Positions 15,586-24,101 of a stretch of 55,873 bases of DNA are shown in pieces. The stretch spans positions 1 through 55,873 of the IMG/VR virus record IMGVR_UViG_3300025128_000048; one strand, 5' to 3'. The notes under the pieces were generated by a model. It was given only the letters and a program-made list of their open reading frames with translations. It did not search any database and was not told the DNA's origin. The translations under genes were made by a program, and so were the position numbers. The number at the start of each line of letters is the position of its first letter. Within the stretch, counting starts at the first letter, position 1. The DNA comes from a virus. Its lineage: Duplodnaviria > Caudoviricetes.

Positions 15586-17611
15586 TATTGAGAACACAGT
15601 CACGAAGCGTGATGGTAAGATGCATCTTGATCCCTTTGAGCCAGAGAACTCACTAACCATGATTGGTGTGTTGACTGACCAAGACGTGGAGCGACACTTC
15701 CCATTTGACCATTGCGACGTACCTAATCAACAACATTTCTACGAGCAGGTGCAATGGTTCTTAGACGAAGCTACCATACTTATCTGCCACAATGCTGCGT
15801 ATGATTTGATGTGGCTGTGGGAGTCGGGCTTCAAGTATGATGGTCCTGTCTTTGACACTATGCTTGCGGAGTATGTGCTACAGCGTGGTATAAAAGAGCC
15901 GTTGTCCCTTGAGGCATGTGCGGAACGATACGAGTTGGACACTAAGAAACAAGATACGCTGAAGGAATATTTTAAGAAGGGTCTTAGCACTCGTGATATA
16001 CCGTATAATGAGTTGTGTGAATATCTTTCTGCTGATCTACATGCTACGCAACAGCTATCAAATAAATTGGTGCAACGTCTATATTCACCAGCAGATGCAG
16101 GTTTAATGGACACGGTTAACCTGACTAATCAGGTCGCTGTATGCCTTGCACGTATATATCAGCGTGGTTTTACTGTAGATAAGTCGGCACTTGAAACTGT
16201 GCGTGGTGAATTTGAACAAGAAAGAAAGCAGCTTATAGATGACCTGCAAGCACATGTTCGTAAGCTGATGGGTGATACCCCTATAAATCTTAATAGTCCA
16301 GAGCAACTGTCTTGGGTTATATACAGCCGTAAGGTTAAGGATAAACAGCATTGGGGTAATGCTATTGATCCATACATGGATGATCAAGACTTCCGTAGTT
16401 TAATATCCGGTGGCACTGAGCGTGTGTACAAGACACGTGCGGAGCAATGCCGTGACTGTAACGGCACTGGACAGATTAGAAAGGTAAGGAAAAATGGAAC
16501 ACTCTTTGCTAACACAAATAAATGTCCACGCTGTGGTGGGCTTGGTTATTTGCTTGTGGATACTACAAAATTGGCTGGACTAAAGTTCAAGCCCCCGTCA
16601 TCTAAGTGGTCAAGTGCAAATGGCTTTAGTACATCCAAACAAAATTTGGAAATATTAGAGTCTGCTGCAAGACAACGTGGTATGGACGATGCTGTTGACT
16701 TCTTGTACAAGGTGCGCAGACTATCTGCTGTAGATACATACCTATCCTCTTTCATTGAGGGTATCCAGATGTACACTAAGCAGGATGGTAAGTTGCATGT
16801 ACGCCTATTGCAGCATCGCACGGCTACTGGACGTTTCTCTGGTGCAGAACCTAATATGCAGAACATGCCTCGTGGCGGCACGTTTCCTGTTAAGAAAGTA
16901 TTTGTGTCACGATTTGCTGGTGGCAAGATTATGGAAGCTGACTTTGCACAGCTTGAGTTTAGGACTGCTGCCTATTTATCACAGGATGAGGTTGCAATAA
17001 ATGAAGTATCTACTGGATTTGATGTACACTCATATACCGCTAAAGTTATTACCGATGCTGGTCAACCTACGGATCGCCAGACTGCGAAGGCTCACACGTT
17101 TGCACCGCTTTATGGCGCAACGGGCTTTGGGAGAACAGCAGCGGAAGCAGAGTATTACACACACTTTACAGACAAATACAGAGGAGTCGCAGAATGGCAC
17201 TCCCGACTGGCTAAAGAAGCTATAAACACACGTAAGATTACGACACCAAGTGGTCGTGAGTTTGCGTTTCCAGATGTAGTGCGCAAAGTAAATGGTCGTG
17301 TGTCACACTTTACGCAGATAAAGAACTATCCTGTACAGTCTTTTGCTACTGCAGACATAGTGCCTATCGCTTTATTGCACATAGATAACTTGTTATCTGG
17401 AATGAAATCATGTATAGTAAATACAGTGCATGACAGTATTGTTATTGATGTGCATCCAGATGAAGAAAGGAGTGTTATCAATATAATAGATCAAACTAAT
17501 AAAGAACTACCTCAACTAATCACATTACGGTGGGGTATTAAATTTAATGTTCCTCTACTTTTAGAGGCAAAAATAGGACCAAATTGGCTTGACACCAAAG
17601 ACGTATCCTGA
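15569..17611 (+). CDS. polA: DNA polymerase family A with 3'-5' exonuclease and inserted DnaJ-type zinc finger
   Basis: ExoI LDIE; HNAAYD; motif A DFAQLEFR; motif B RQTAKAHTFAPLYG; motif C VHDS; two CxxCxGxG. Confidence 0.95.
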   Translation: MKLTLDIENTVTKRDGKMHLDPFEPENSLTMIGVLTDQDVERHFPFDHCDVPNQQHFYEQVQWFLDEATILICHNAAYDLMWLWESGFKYDGPVFDTMLAEYVLQRGIKEPLSLEACAERYELDTKKQDTLKEYFKKGLSTRDIPYNELCEYLSADLHATQQLSNKLVQRLYSPADAGLMDTVNLTNQVAVCLARIYQRGFTVDKSALETVRGEFEQERKQLIDDLQAHVRKLMGDTPINLNSPEQLSWVIYSRKVKDKQHWGNAIDPYMDDQDFRSLISGGTERVYKTRAEQCRDCNGTGQIRKVRKNGTLFANTNKCPRCGGLGYLLVDTTKLAGLKFKPPSSKWSSANGFSTSKQNLEILESAARQRGMDDAVDFLYKVRRLSAVDTYLSSFIEGIQMYTKQDGKLHVRLLQHRTATGRFSGAEPNMQNMPRGGTFPVKKVFVSRFAGGKIMEADFAQLEFRTAAYLSQDEVAINEVSTGFDVHSYTAKVITDAGQPTDRQTAKAHTFAPLYGATGFGRTAAEAEYYTHFTDKYRGVAEWHSRLAKEAINTRKITTPSGREFAFPDVVRKVNGRVSHFTQIKNYPVQSFATADIVPIALLHIDNLLSGMKSCIVNTVHDSIVIDVHPDEERSVINIIDQTNKELPQLITLRWGIKFNVPLLLEAKIGPNWLDTKDVS

Positions 17612-17617
17612 TATAAC
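17589..17617 (+). promoter_or_regulatory. Sigma70-type promoter
   Basis: TTGACA-17-(TG.)TATAAC. Confidence 0.7.
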
Positions 17618-17648
17618 TATGGGCCTACAATAAGAAAGGAGTTAATAT

Positions 17649-18524
17649 ATGACTGACATTACTACTATTGATACTAACAACTTTGCTGAAATGGCAAAGG
17701 CTATGGGCATGGCTAATGAAACTGCTTCCCAAAAGAAGCAGGGCATGTTCTTATCTAGACTACGCATACAGCACTCGCCTATTCTTGGCTCTGAGTCTAT
17801 CTTAGTTAAGGCGGGTACATACAAGCTGGAGATTCCAGACGGTCCAACTTACTACGCAGACTCTGCTGTAATTCGTCCGTTTCTGCAACGCTTCATGTAC
17901 AAGAAGTTTGTCATGGGACAGGGTGGTTCACCTAATCGTTACGTCAAGACTGTTATGGCTGATACGCTAAACATGGACTTGAAAGACAATGACGGTGGCT
18001 TTAACTGTGGAAAACCTGCAGGTTGGATACAGGACTACAAGTCCTTACCTGAAGCTACTAAAGACTTAATTAAGTCTATCAAGCGTGTGCGTGTAGTCTT
18101 AGGTGCTATTCGCTTGGTGAATCCTAAAGATGAGAGTGGTAAACCTGTAGAAGAAACCACTAGCAACTTTATCTGGGAAATAGAAAACCGTGATGCGTTT
18201 AAGACTGTGGGTGGTGTATTTAATCAGCTTGCTAAGATGAAGCGTTTACCTGTGCAGCATAACGTAACCCTGAATACTGAGGAGCGTAAGTTGCCTAATG
18301 GTAATAGCTTTTACTTGCCCACCACGTCTTTAGACATCACCAATTCTATTGAGTTGACTCAAGAAGACCAGACTTTGTTTGGTGATTTCATGGGTTGGGT
18401 TTCTAACTACAATGAGTATATCATCAATGCATGGACAGAGAAGTCTTCTAGAGTAGAAGATGATGACGATCTTGATATGCAATTGAATGACCTCATTGAT
18501 ATTGAGGAAGGAGAGGTAGCATAA
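17649..18524 (+). CDS. Putative ssDNA-binding protein
   Basis: Follows the polymerase and has an acidic C-terminal tail; function inferred. Confidence 0.55.
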   Translation: MTDITTIDTNNFAEMAKAMGMANETASQKKQGMFLSRLRIQHSPILGSESILVKAGTYKLEIPDGPTYYADSAVIRPFLQRFMYKKFVMGQGGSPNRYVKTVMADTLNMDLKDNDGGFNCGKPAGWIQDYKSLPEATKDLIKSIKRVRVVLGAIRLVNPKDESGKPVEETTSNFIWEIENRDAFKTVGGVFNQLAKMKRLPVQHNVTLNTEERKLPNGNSFYLPTTSLDITNSIELTQEDQTLFGDFMGWVSNYNEYIINAWTEKSSRVEDDDDLDMQLNDLIDIEEGEVA

Positions 18525-19381
18525 TGAAACACCCTGCTGAACTGGCGTTACATCAATACATGGAAAACGCTGTAAAAGGTAAGTCATCTATGGCTGATGA
18601 TACCATTAAACAAGTAGCGTCTGACGTGGCCTTCGCACTAAAGCGTCAGTTCGGCGGGGTCAACAAGCGTGACAAGTTTGGTCTGCGTATGTCTAATGTA
18701 GGTAGGCCAACTTGCCAACTCTGGTATGACAAGAATAAACCAGAGGCAGCTATACCCCTACCAACCACATTCGTTATGAACATGATGCTTGGCGATATAG
18801 TTGAAGCAGTGTTTAAAGCAGTATTAAAAGAAGCAGGAGTTAAATATGAAGACACGGATAAAGTTTCTCTTGACCTTGGTGATGATAGCGTTTCTGGTAG
18901 TTATGACCTCATCGTTGATGGTGCAGTGGATGATATTAAATCAGCTTCAGACTGGTCATACAGAAACAAGTTTGAATCCTATGACAGTCTTGCCAGCGGT
19001 GATAGCTTCGGGTATGTGGCCCAGTTAGCTGGATACGCAAAGGCGTCAGGTAAAAAGGCTGGCGGCTGGTGGGTTGTAAACAAAGCTAATGGGCAGTTTA
19101 AATATATACCAGCGACAGGTCTTGACATTGACAAAGAGATATCACATATTAAGAAGACTGTTGAAACAGTAAAGGAGAACAAGTTTGAAAAGCGTTTTCA
19201 ACCAGTACCAGAGAAGTTTAGAGGCAAGGAGACAGGCAATACTGTGCTTAATACTGGCTGCAAGTTTTGTTCTTATCGCTTTGACTGCTGGCCTTCTCTG
19301 GTGGAAAGACCTGCTGTAAAATCACAGGCAAAGAACCCACCTATCGTGGCATATGTGGAACTAAGAAAGGAGTATGTATAA
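18524..19381 (+). CDS. PD-(D/E)XK (Cas4/RecB-like) exonuclease
   Basis: LRMSNVGRPTC; GSYD...VDDIKS; QLAGY; CKFCSYRFDC. Confidence 0.8.
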   Translation: MKHPAELALHQYMENAVKGKSSMADDTIKQVASDVAFALKRQFGGVNKRDKFGLRMSNVGRPTCQLWYDKNKPEAAIPLPTTFVMNMMLGDIVEAVFKAVLKEAGVKYEDTDKVSLDLGDDSVSGSYDLIVDGAVDDIKSASDWSYRNKFESYDSLASGDSFGYVAQLAGYAKASGKKAGGWWVVNKANGQFKYIPATGLDIDKEISHIKKTVETVKENKFEKRFQPVPEKFRGKETGNTVLNTGCKFCSYRFDCWPSLVERPAVKSQAKNPPIVAYVELRKEYV

Positions 19382-19591
19382 ATGGAGATTGAAATAAATG
19401 AACTCGCAGAGCAAATCAAAGAGGCAGAGGCACATCTTGTGGAACTTAGGAAGGAGTATCGTGAACGGAAGACTGCAGGTTTACGTGCGGCGATATCAGC
19501 GCGTAATGAAGCAGATAAGGTCTTGCGCGAAGAGCTACAGGCTCTAGGATATCGCGGTAGTCCTTTTGTATCGTGGCGTGACGTTGGTTAA
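19382..19591 (+). CDS. Small coiled-coil protein
   Basis: RBS and packing. Confidence 0.7.
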   Translation: MEIEINELAEQIKEAEAHLVELRKEYRERKTAGLRAAISARNEADKVLREELQALGYRGSPFVSWRDVG

Positions 19592-20042
19592 CGCAAAACA
19601 ATTTAGAGCCGCACGTAAATACGGTTATCGCAGTGGATTAGAGTTAACTGTATCGGACAAGTTGAAGTCGGACAAGGTTAAGTTTAGATACGAGTCCATT
19701 AAAATAGAATGGGAAGACATAGCGTATAGAACTTACACCCCCGACTTCATTCTTTACAATGGTATTATTATAGAGGTTAAAGGTAGATTTACTTCAGCGG
19801 ATCGGCGTAAACATTTGCTAGTGCGTAAGCAACACCCACATTTAGATATACGTTTTGTATTTGAAAATAGTAATTCCAAAATTAGGAAAGGTTCTAAAAC
19901 AAGTTATGCTATGTGGTGCATAAAGCACAAGTTTAGGTACTATGACAGAATCATACCTGAGTGTTGGATTAAAGAAAAGGGTAAAGACAAACACCCTAAG
20001 TTTATACTACACCCTAGCTCAACAGTAAAAAGGAGAATGTAA
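19566..20042 (+). CDS. T7 gp3-like endonuclease I (Holliday junction resolvase)
   Basis: YRSGLE...YTPDF...EVKGRF...DRRKH...DIRFVF; true start probably about 19584. Confidence 0.9.
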   Translation: MYRGVTLVNAKQFRAARKYGYRSGLELTVSDKLKSDKVKFRYESIKIEWEDIAYRTYTPDFILYNGIIIEVKGRFTSADRRKHLLVRKQHPHLDIRFVFENSNSKIRKGSKTSYAMWCIKHKFRYYDRIIPECWIKEKGKDKHPKFILHPSSTVKRRM

Positions 20043-20398
20043 TGGATAAAGAATACCTTAGAAAACAGATAAACGATGAAGATTACATTATCCGTGTTCG
20101 TCCCGGTCAAGATGAAGATGGTGTATGGACAGGTGAAATAGACCTATCAATTATTACTTTGCCGGGTAATTCACTTGATGATGATGCATATCATAGTGTT
20201 ATGCACCTAGTTAAAATGATGTGTGCTTCTGTTCCAATAATGGAAGAGATAGAAGCAGTGCGTGATTGCATACACGAATACGTAATGTCTATGGATAAAG
20301 ATGATGTTGAAATTACGCTTGAAGATGAAGTTGAAAAGGTGTATGATGGCAATGTTATTAAGATAGATTTTTCTAGTAGAACTAGGGGGTCAGCATGA
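20042..20398 (+). CDS. Hypothetical protein
   Basis: Coupled ORF ending GNVIKIDF. Confidence 0.75.
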   Translation: MDKEYLRKQINDEDYIIRVRPGQDEDGVWTGEIDLSIITLPGNSLDDDAYHSVMHLVKMMCASVPIMEEIEAVRDCIHEYVMSMDKDDVEITLEDEVEKVYDGNVIKIDFSSRTRGSA

Positions 20399-20736
20399 GT
20401 AGACACGAAGATTATATGAAAGCAATGATACAGCAAGAGGAGTTACGTATGGCACAAGCAAAGAAACAAAGTGATAATGTTGCTGAAATGGCAAAGGCTA
20501 TGGGCATGGCTGTTGATATGGTCAACAGTCCACCACACTACAATCAGACGGGCATTGAGTGTATTGATGCTATCTCTGCTGCCACTGATAGTAACTTCAA
20601 GTATTACTTACAAGGTAACATTATGAAATACCTGTGGCGATTTGACTATAAAGATAAGCCATTAGAGGATTTGCAAAAGGCCAAGTGGTACTTGGACAGG
20701 TTGATAGAAGAGGTTATGGCGAGTGATAAGAGTTAA
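20395..20736 (+). CDS. DUF3310 (T7 gp1.7 nucleotide-kinase-like) protein
   Basis: VNSPPHYN...IECIDAI...GNIMKYLWR...EDLQKAKWYL. Confidence 0.85.
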   Translation: MSRHEDYMKAMIQQEELRMAQAKKQSDNVAEMAKAMGMAVDMVNSPPHYNQTGIECIDAISAATDSNFKYYLQGNIMKYLWRFDYKDKPLEDLQKAKWYLDRLIEEVMASDKS

Positions 20737-20884
20737 AATGTACATAACCATTGAGGTGGACGATGAAGAGTATCCGGTCCCTGCTGATGGCAGGGTTGGA
20801 GAAGAATTAGAGGATAGCCTACACGATTATTTCCATGATATAGATGGGGCTAACATTAAGCATATTAGAACGATTACGGAGTAA
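20723..20884 (+). CDS. Small hypothetical protein (53 aa, not in track)
   Basis: Reads MIRVKMYITIEVDDEEYPVPADGRVGEELEDSL...; fills the gap before RNR. Confidence 0.65.
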   Translation: MIRVKMYITIEVDDEEYPVPADGRVGEELEDSLHDYFHDIDGANIKHIRTITE

Positions 20885-20887
20885 GAA

Positions 20888-22819
20888 ATGATAAACAACC
20901 AATTACCAACAGACTACCAAAACTTTATAGCTCTCTCACGTTATGCACGTTGGAAAGAAGAAGAGCAACGTAGAGAAACATGGGGCGAAACTGTGCAAAG
21001 ATACTTTGACTACATGGATAAGCATCTAGCCGACAATCACAACTACAAACTATCTGATGAGTTACGTTCAGAGTTAGAAGAGGCTGTGCTTAACATAAGC
21101 GTCATGCCTAGCATGAGAGCGTTGATGACCAGTGGCCCTGCACTAGACAGATGCCATGTAGGTGGATACAACTGTTCCTATGTACCTGTAGATAGCCCAC
21201 GTGCATTTGATGAAACTATGTATATTCTTATGTGTGGCACGGGCGTAGGCTTTAGTGTAGAGCGTCACAACATTGAAAAGCTACCCATCGTGGCAGAAGA
21301 TTTCTACAAGACTGACACAGTTATCAAGGTAGGTGATAGCAGACCCGGTTGGGCAAAGTCTCTAAAAGAACTTATTGCCATGCTATATGCTGGACAGATA
21401 CCAGCATGGGATGTGTCAGAGGTACGCCCTGCAGGTGCTAGGCTCAAAACATTTGGTGGTAGAGCATCAGGTCCACAACCATTGGTTGAGTTGTTTGAGT
21501 TTGTTGTACAGAAGTTTAAGGGTGCAGCAGGTCGTAGGCTATATCCAATTGAATGTCACGATATCATGTGTAAGATTGGGGAAGTGGTAGTCGTGGGTGG
21601 AGTACGTAGATCAGCACTCATTAGCTTATCTAACTTAAACGATGACCAGATGGCTCATGCTAAATCAGGTAAATGGTATGAGTATGAAGGACAACGTGCG
21701 TTGGCTAACAACTCTGTAGCGTACAAAACTAAGCCTGAGATGGGTACATTCATGCGTGAGTGGTTGTCTCTGTACGACAGCAAGTCAGGTGAGCGTGGTA
21801 TCTTCAACAGGCAATCTGCTATTAAGCAAGCAGCTAAGAATGGTAGGCGAGATACAGAGCATGACTTTGGTTGTAATCCTTGCTCTGAGATTATTTTACG
21901 CCCCTATCAGTTCTGTAACCTATCTGAAGTAGTCATCCGTGAGAATGACACTATGGATACGTTAAAAGAAAAGGTGCGTCTTGCCACAATACTTGGCACG
22001 TTCCAAGCTACAATGACTAACTTTAAGTATCTACGCAAGGTATGGAAAGATAATACAGAGGAAGAGCGTTTACTTGGTGTGTCTTTGACGGGTATTATGG
22101 ACAATGTTATGACCTCTACTAACGGTGAAAAGTTGCCTATACTTTTAGGTGTGTTAAAAGACGAAGCAATTCGTACTAATGCAGCCATAGCAAAGCAGCT
22201 AGGGATATCACAGTCCACTGCAGTGACTTGTGTTAAGCCTAGTGGCACTGTGTCACAGCTTACTGATGCAGCGTCAGGTATCCACGCTAGACATAACCCA
22301 TACTATATACGCACTGTGCGTGGCGATAATAAAGACCCTCTGACACAGTTTCTTATATCTCAAGGCATACCTGCTGAACCTGATGTAACGAAACCTGAAT
22401 CAACAACAGTATTTAGTTTTCCTATGAAAGCACCAACAGGTGCAATAACTAGAACACAAATGAACGCCATTGAACAGCTAGAATTATGGCTTACTTATCA
22501 GCGTTATTGGTGTGAACATAAGCCATCTGTATCCATCACTGTCAAAGAACACGAATGGATGGAAGTAGGTTCTTGGGTATATAAATATTTTGATGAAGTA
22601 TCAGGTGTTTCATTTTTTCCTCACAGTGACCACACGTATGCACAGCCTGTTTATCAAGATATAGATAAAGATGAATATAAAAAGTTCTTGACAAAGATGC
22701 CAAAAAATGTAGACTGGTCATTGTTGCAAGAGTTTGAGAAGGAAGACACTACAACAGGTGGCCGCGAGTTAGCGTGTACTGCTGGTGTGTGTGAAATTGT
22801 AGACATAGAGGCAGCGTGA
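20888..22819 (+). CDS. nrdJ: Class II (B12-dependent, monomeric-type) ribonucleotide reductase
   Basis: GGYNCSY; GGVRRSA; NPCSE; VKPSGT; C-terminal ACTAGVC; no beta-subunit gene. Confidence 0.9.
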   Translation: MINNQLPTDYQNFIALSRYARWKEEEQRRETWGETVQRYFDYMDKHLADNHNYKLSDELRSELEEAVLNISVMPSMRALMTSGPALDRCHVGGYNCSYVPVDSPRAFDETMYILMCGTGVGFSVERHNIEKLPIVAEDFYKTDTVIKVGDSRPGWAKSLKELIAMLYAGQIPAWDVSEVRPAGARLKTFGGRASGPQPLVELFEFVVQKFKGAAGRRLYPIECHDIMCKIGEVVVVGGVRRSALISLSNLNDDQMAHAKSGKWYEYEGQRALANNSVAYKTKPEMGTFMREWLSLYDSKSGERGIFNRQSAIKQAAKNGRRDTEHDFGCNPCSEIILRPYQFCNLSEVVIRENDTMDTLKEKVRLATILGTFQATMTNFKYLRKVWKDNTEEERLLGVSLTGIMDNVMTSTNGEKLPILLGVLKDEAIRTNAAIAKQLGISQSTAVTCVKPSGTVSQLTDAASGIHARHNPYYIRTVRGDNKDPLTQFLISQGIPAEPDVTKPESTTVFSFPMKAPTGAITRTQMNAIEQLELWLTYQRYWCEHKPSVSITVKEHEWMEVGSWVYKYFDEVSGVSFFPHSDHTYAQPVYQDIDKDEYKKFLTKMPKNVDWSLLQEFEKEDTTTGGRELACTAGVCEIVDIEAA

Positions 22820-22977
22820 TGAATTGCTGGTATTGTGGAACAGAATTAATCTGGGGTGGGGACCATGACATAGGAGAAGAATTTGAAAACTTCTGTATGG
22901 AAACAAACCTATCATGCCCTAATCCAGATTGTAGGGCTGAAGTTATTATGTATTTGCCAAAAGCAGAAAGGAGTTAA
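22819..22977 (+). CDS. Zinc-ribbon protein (52 aa, not in track)
   Basis: MNCWYCGTELIWGGDHD...NLSCPNPDC; TGATG coupling. Confidence 0.7.
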   Translation: MNCWYCGTELIWGGDHDIGEEFENFCMETNLSCPNPDCRAEVIMYLPKAERS

Positions 22978-22978
22978 C

Positions 22979-23164
22979 ATGGAAGCATTATTAGTATTAG
23001 GCGCATTAGCATATGGTATTCATCATATGAACAAACAAGATGAACCAGAGGTAGCAGAAGTAACTGTGCAAAAATTAGAAGACATTGACTGGTCTAAAGC
23101 AGGTAACTTTAGGACAGCCAGCACAGAAAATAATGTGCAATGGGTAATAATAACGGAAGGATAA
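22979..23164 (+). CDS. Small membrane-anchored protein
   Basis: RBS AAGGAG before MEALLVLG. Confidence 0.65.
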   Translation: MEALLVLGALAYGIHHMNKQDEPEVAEVTVQKLEDIDWSKAGNFRTASTENNVQWVIITEG

Positions 23165-23167
23165 AAA

Positions 23168-23422
23168 ATGAGAGATGTAATAATACGAGGAGCAAGAGCG
23201 CACTTTATTGGGAATATCAATAAACACTTAGCTAATATTGAAATATATATGAACAACACAATTGGTATCGGTGAACACTCTGATATCATAGAGACTGTAG
23301 AACTAGAACTTGAGCAGGTCGCTAACTATCACGATAAGTTAGAGATGCTTGAGAAATATTTTATCAAACCACAACAGAAACAAAATGAAGGAGTTGAGGA
23401 TGAGGTGGAACAATCTGACTAA
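23168..23422 (+). CDS. Conserved phage protein
   Basis: IGIGEHSDIIE motif. Confidence 0.75.
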   Translation: MRDVIIRGARAHFIGNINKHLANIEIYMNNTIGIGEHSDIIETVELELEQVANYHDKLEMLEKYFIKPQQKQNEGVEDEVEQSD

Positions 23423-23657
23423 ATATGATGCGCCTTTGCGTATACAATATCAATCAGGTTACGATGCATTTTATAGGGGTGGGGACTTTGTTCCTGACCC
23501 CGATCATAAAGATAGATTTGTATTTATAGAAATGCGTCCTAAGATTAGTCAGAATACTATGCAGTATCGTGAGTGGCAACGAGGCTGGAATACTGCGTAC
23601 TTTGAGAATCTAAGAAAGGTTAAGAGTCGTGAACAAGCTAGAGCAAGACGCAAATAA
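23400..23657 (+). CDS. Hypothetical protein
   Basis: GYDAF...EWQRGWNTAY; RBS before ATG 23400. Confidence 0.65.
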   Translation: MRWNNLTKYDAPLRIQYQSGYDAFYRGGDFVPDPDHKDRFVFIEMRPKISQNTMQYREWQRGWNTAYFENLRKVKSREQARARRK

Positions 23658-24015
23658 CTGGATGAGGGAGAGATATATGAGTAACATTACAGCAACGGAG
23701 TACCAACGTAAGGCTGCAGAGACTGCCATATTCCCTAAAGAAAAAGCCCTTGAGTATTTAACTCTGGGGCTTACTGGTGAGGCAGGTGAGATTGCCAACA
23801 AGGTCAAGAAGTTGATTCGTGACGGTGCAGATAGAGAAGAGCATCACGCTAAACTAAATGCTATTGGTCACGAGATTGGAGATGTTATGTGGTATTGTGC
23901 CATGCTTGCTAAAGAAGTGGACATGAACCTTGGTAGAATTATGGAAGACAACTTGGACAAACTGGCAGATAGGAAAGCTAGGAATCGTCTACAGGGTGAC
24001 GGGGATAACCGATGA
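23629..24015 (+). CDS. mazG: MazG-like nucleoside triphosphate pyrophosphohydrolase
   Basis: LGLTGEAGEIANKVKK...EIGDVMWY...NLDKL. Confidence 0.85.
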   Translation: MNKLEQDANNWMRERYMSNITATEYQRKAAETAIFPKEKALEYLTLGLTGEAGEIANKVKKLIRDGADREEHHAKLNAIGHEIGDVMWYCAMLAKEVDMNLGRIMEDNLDKLADRKARNRLQGDGDNR

Positions 24016-24067
24016 TATCATTAGGTATTATAACAATAGCATACATGTATATGCTTCATGTACTAGC

Positions 24068-24101
24068 AAAAGAGCAGGGGATTTAGTCCCCTGTTTTTAT
24101 T
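24068..24101. terminator. Probable bidirectional intrinsic terminator at the convergence point
   Basis: CAGGGGA-TTTAG-TCCCCTG with a T-tract to the right and an A-tract to the left. Confidence 0.8.

Noticed and set aside
18524-19381. CRISPR-associated cas4
   Set aside because: Stand-alone PD-(D/E)XK exonucleases are routine in phage replication modules, and no array is present.
24012-24086. 24-aa hydrophobic ORF (MISLGIITIAYMYMLHVLAKEQGI) as a toxin-like peptide
   Set aside because: Coupled by ATGA but very short and running into the terminator; not enough support.
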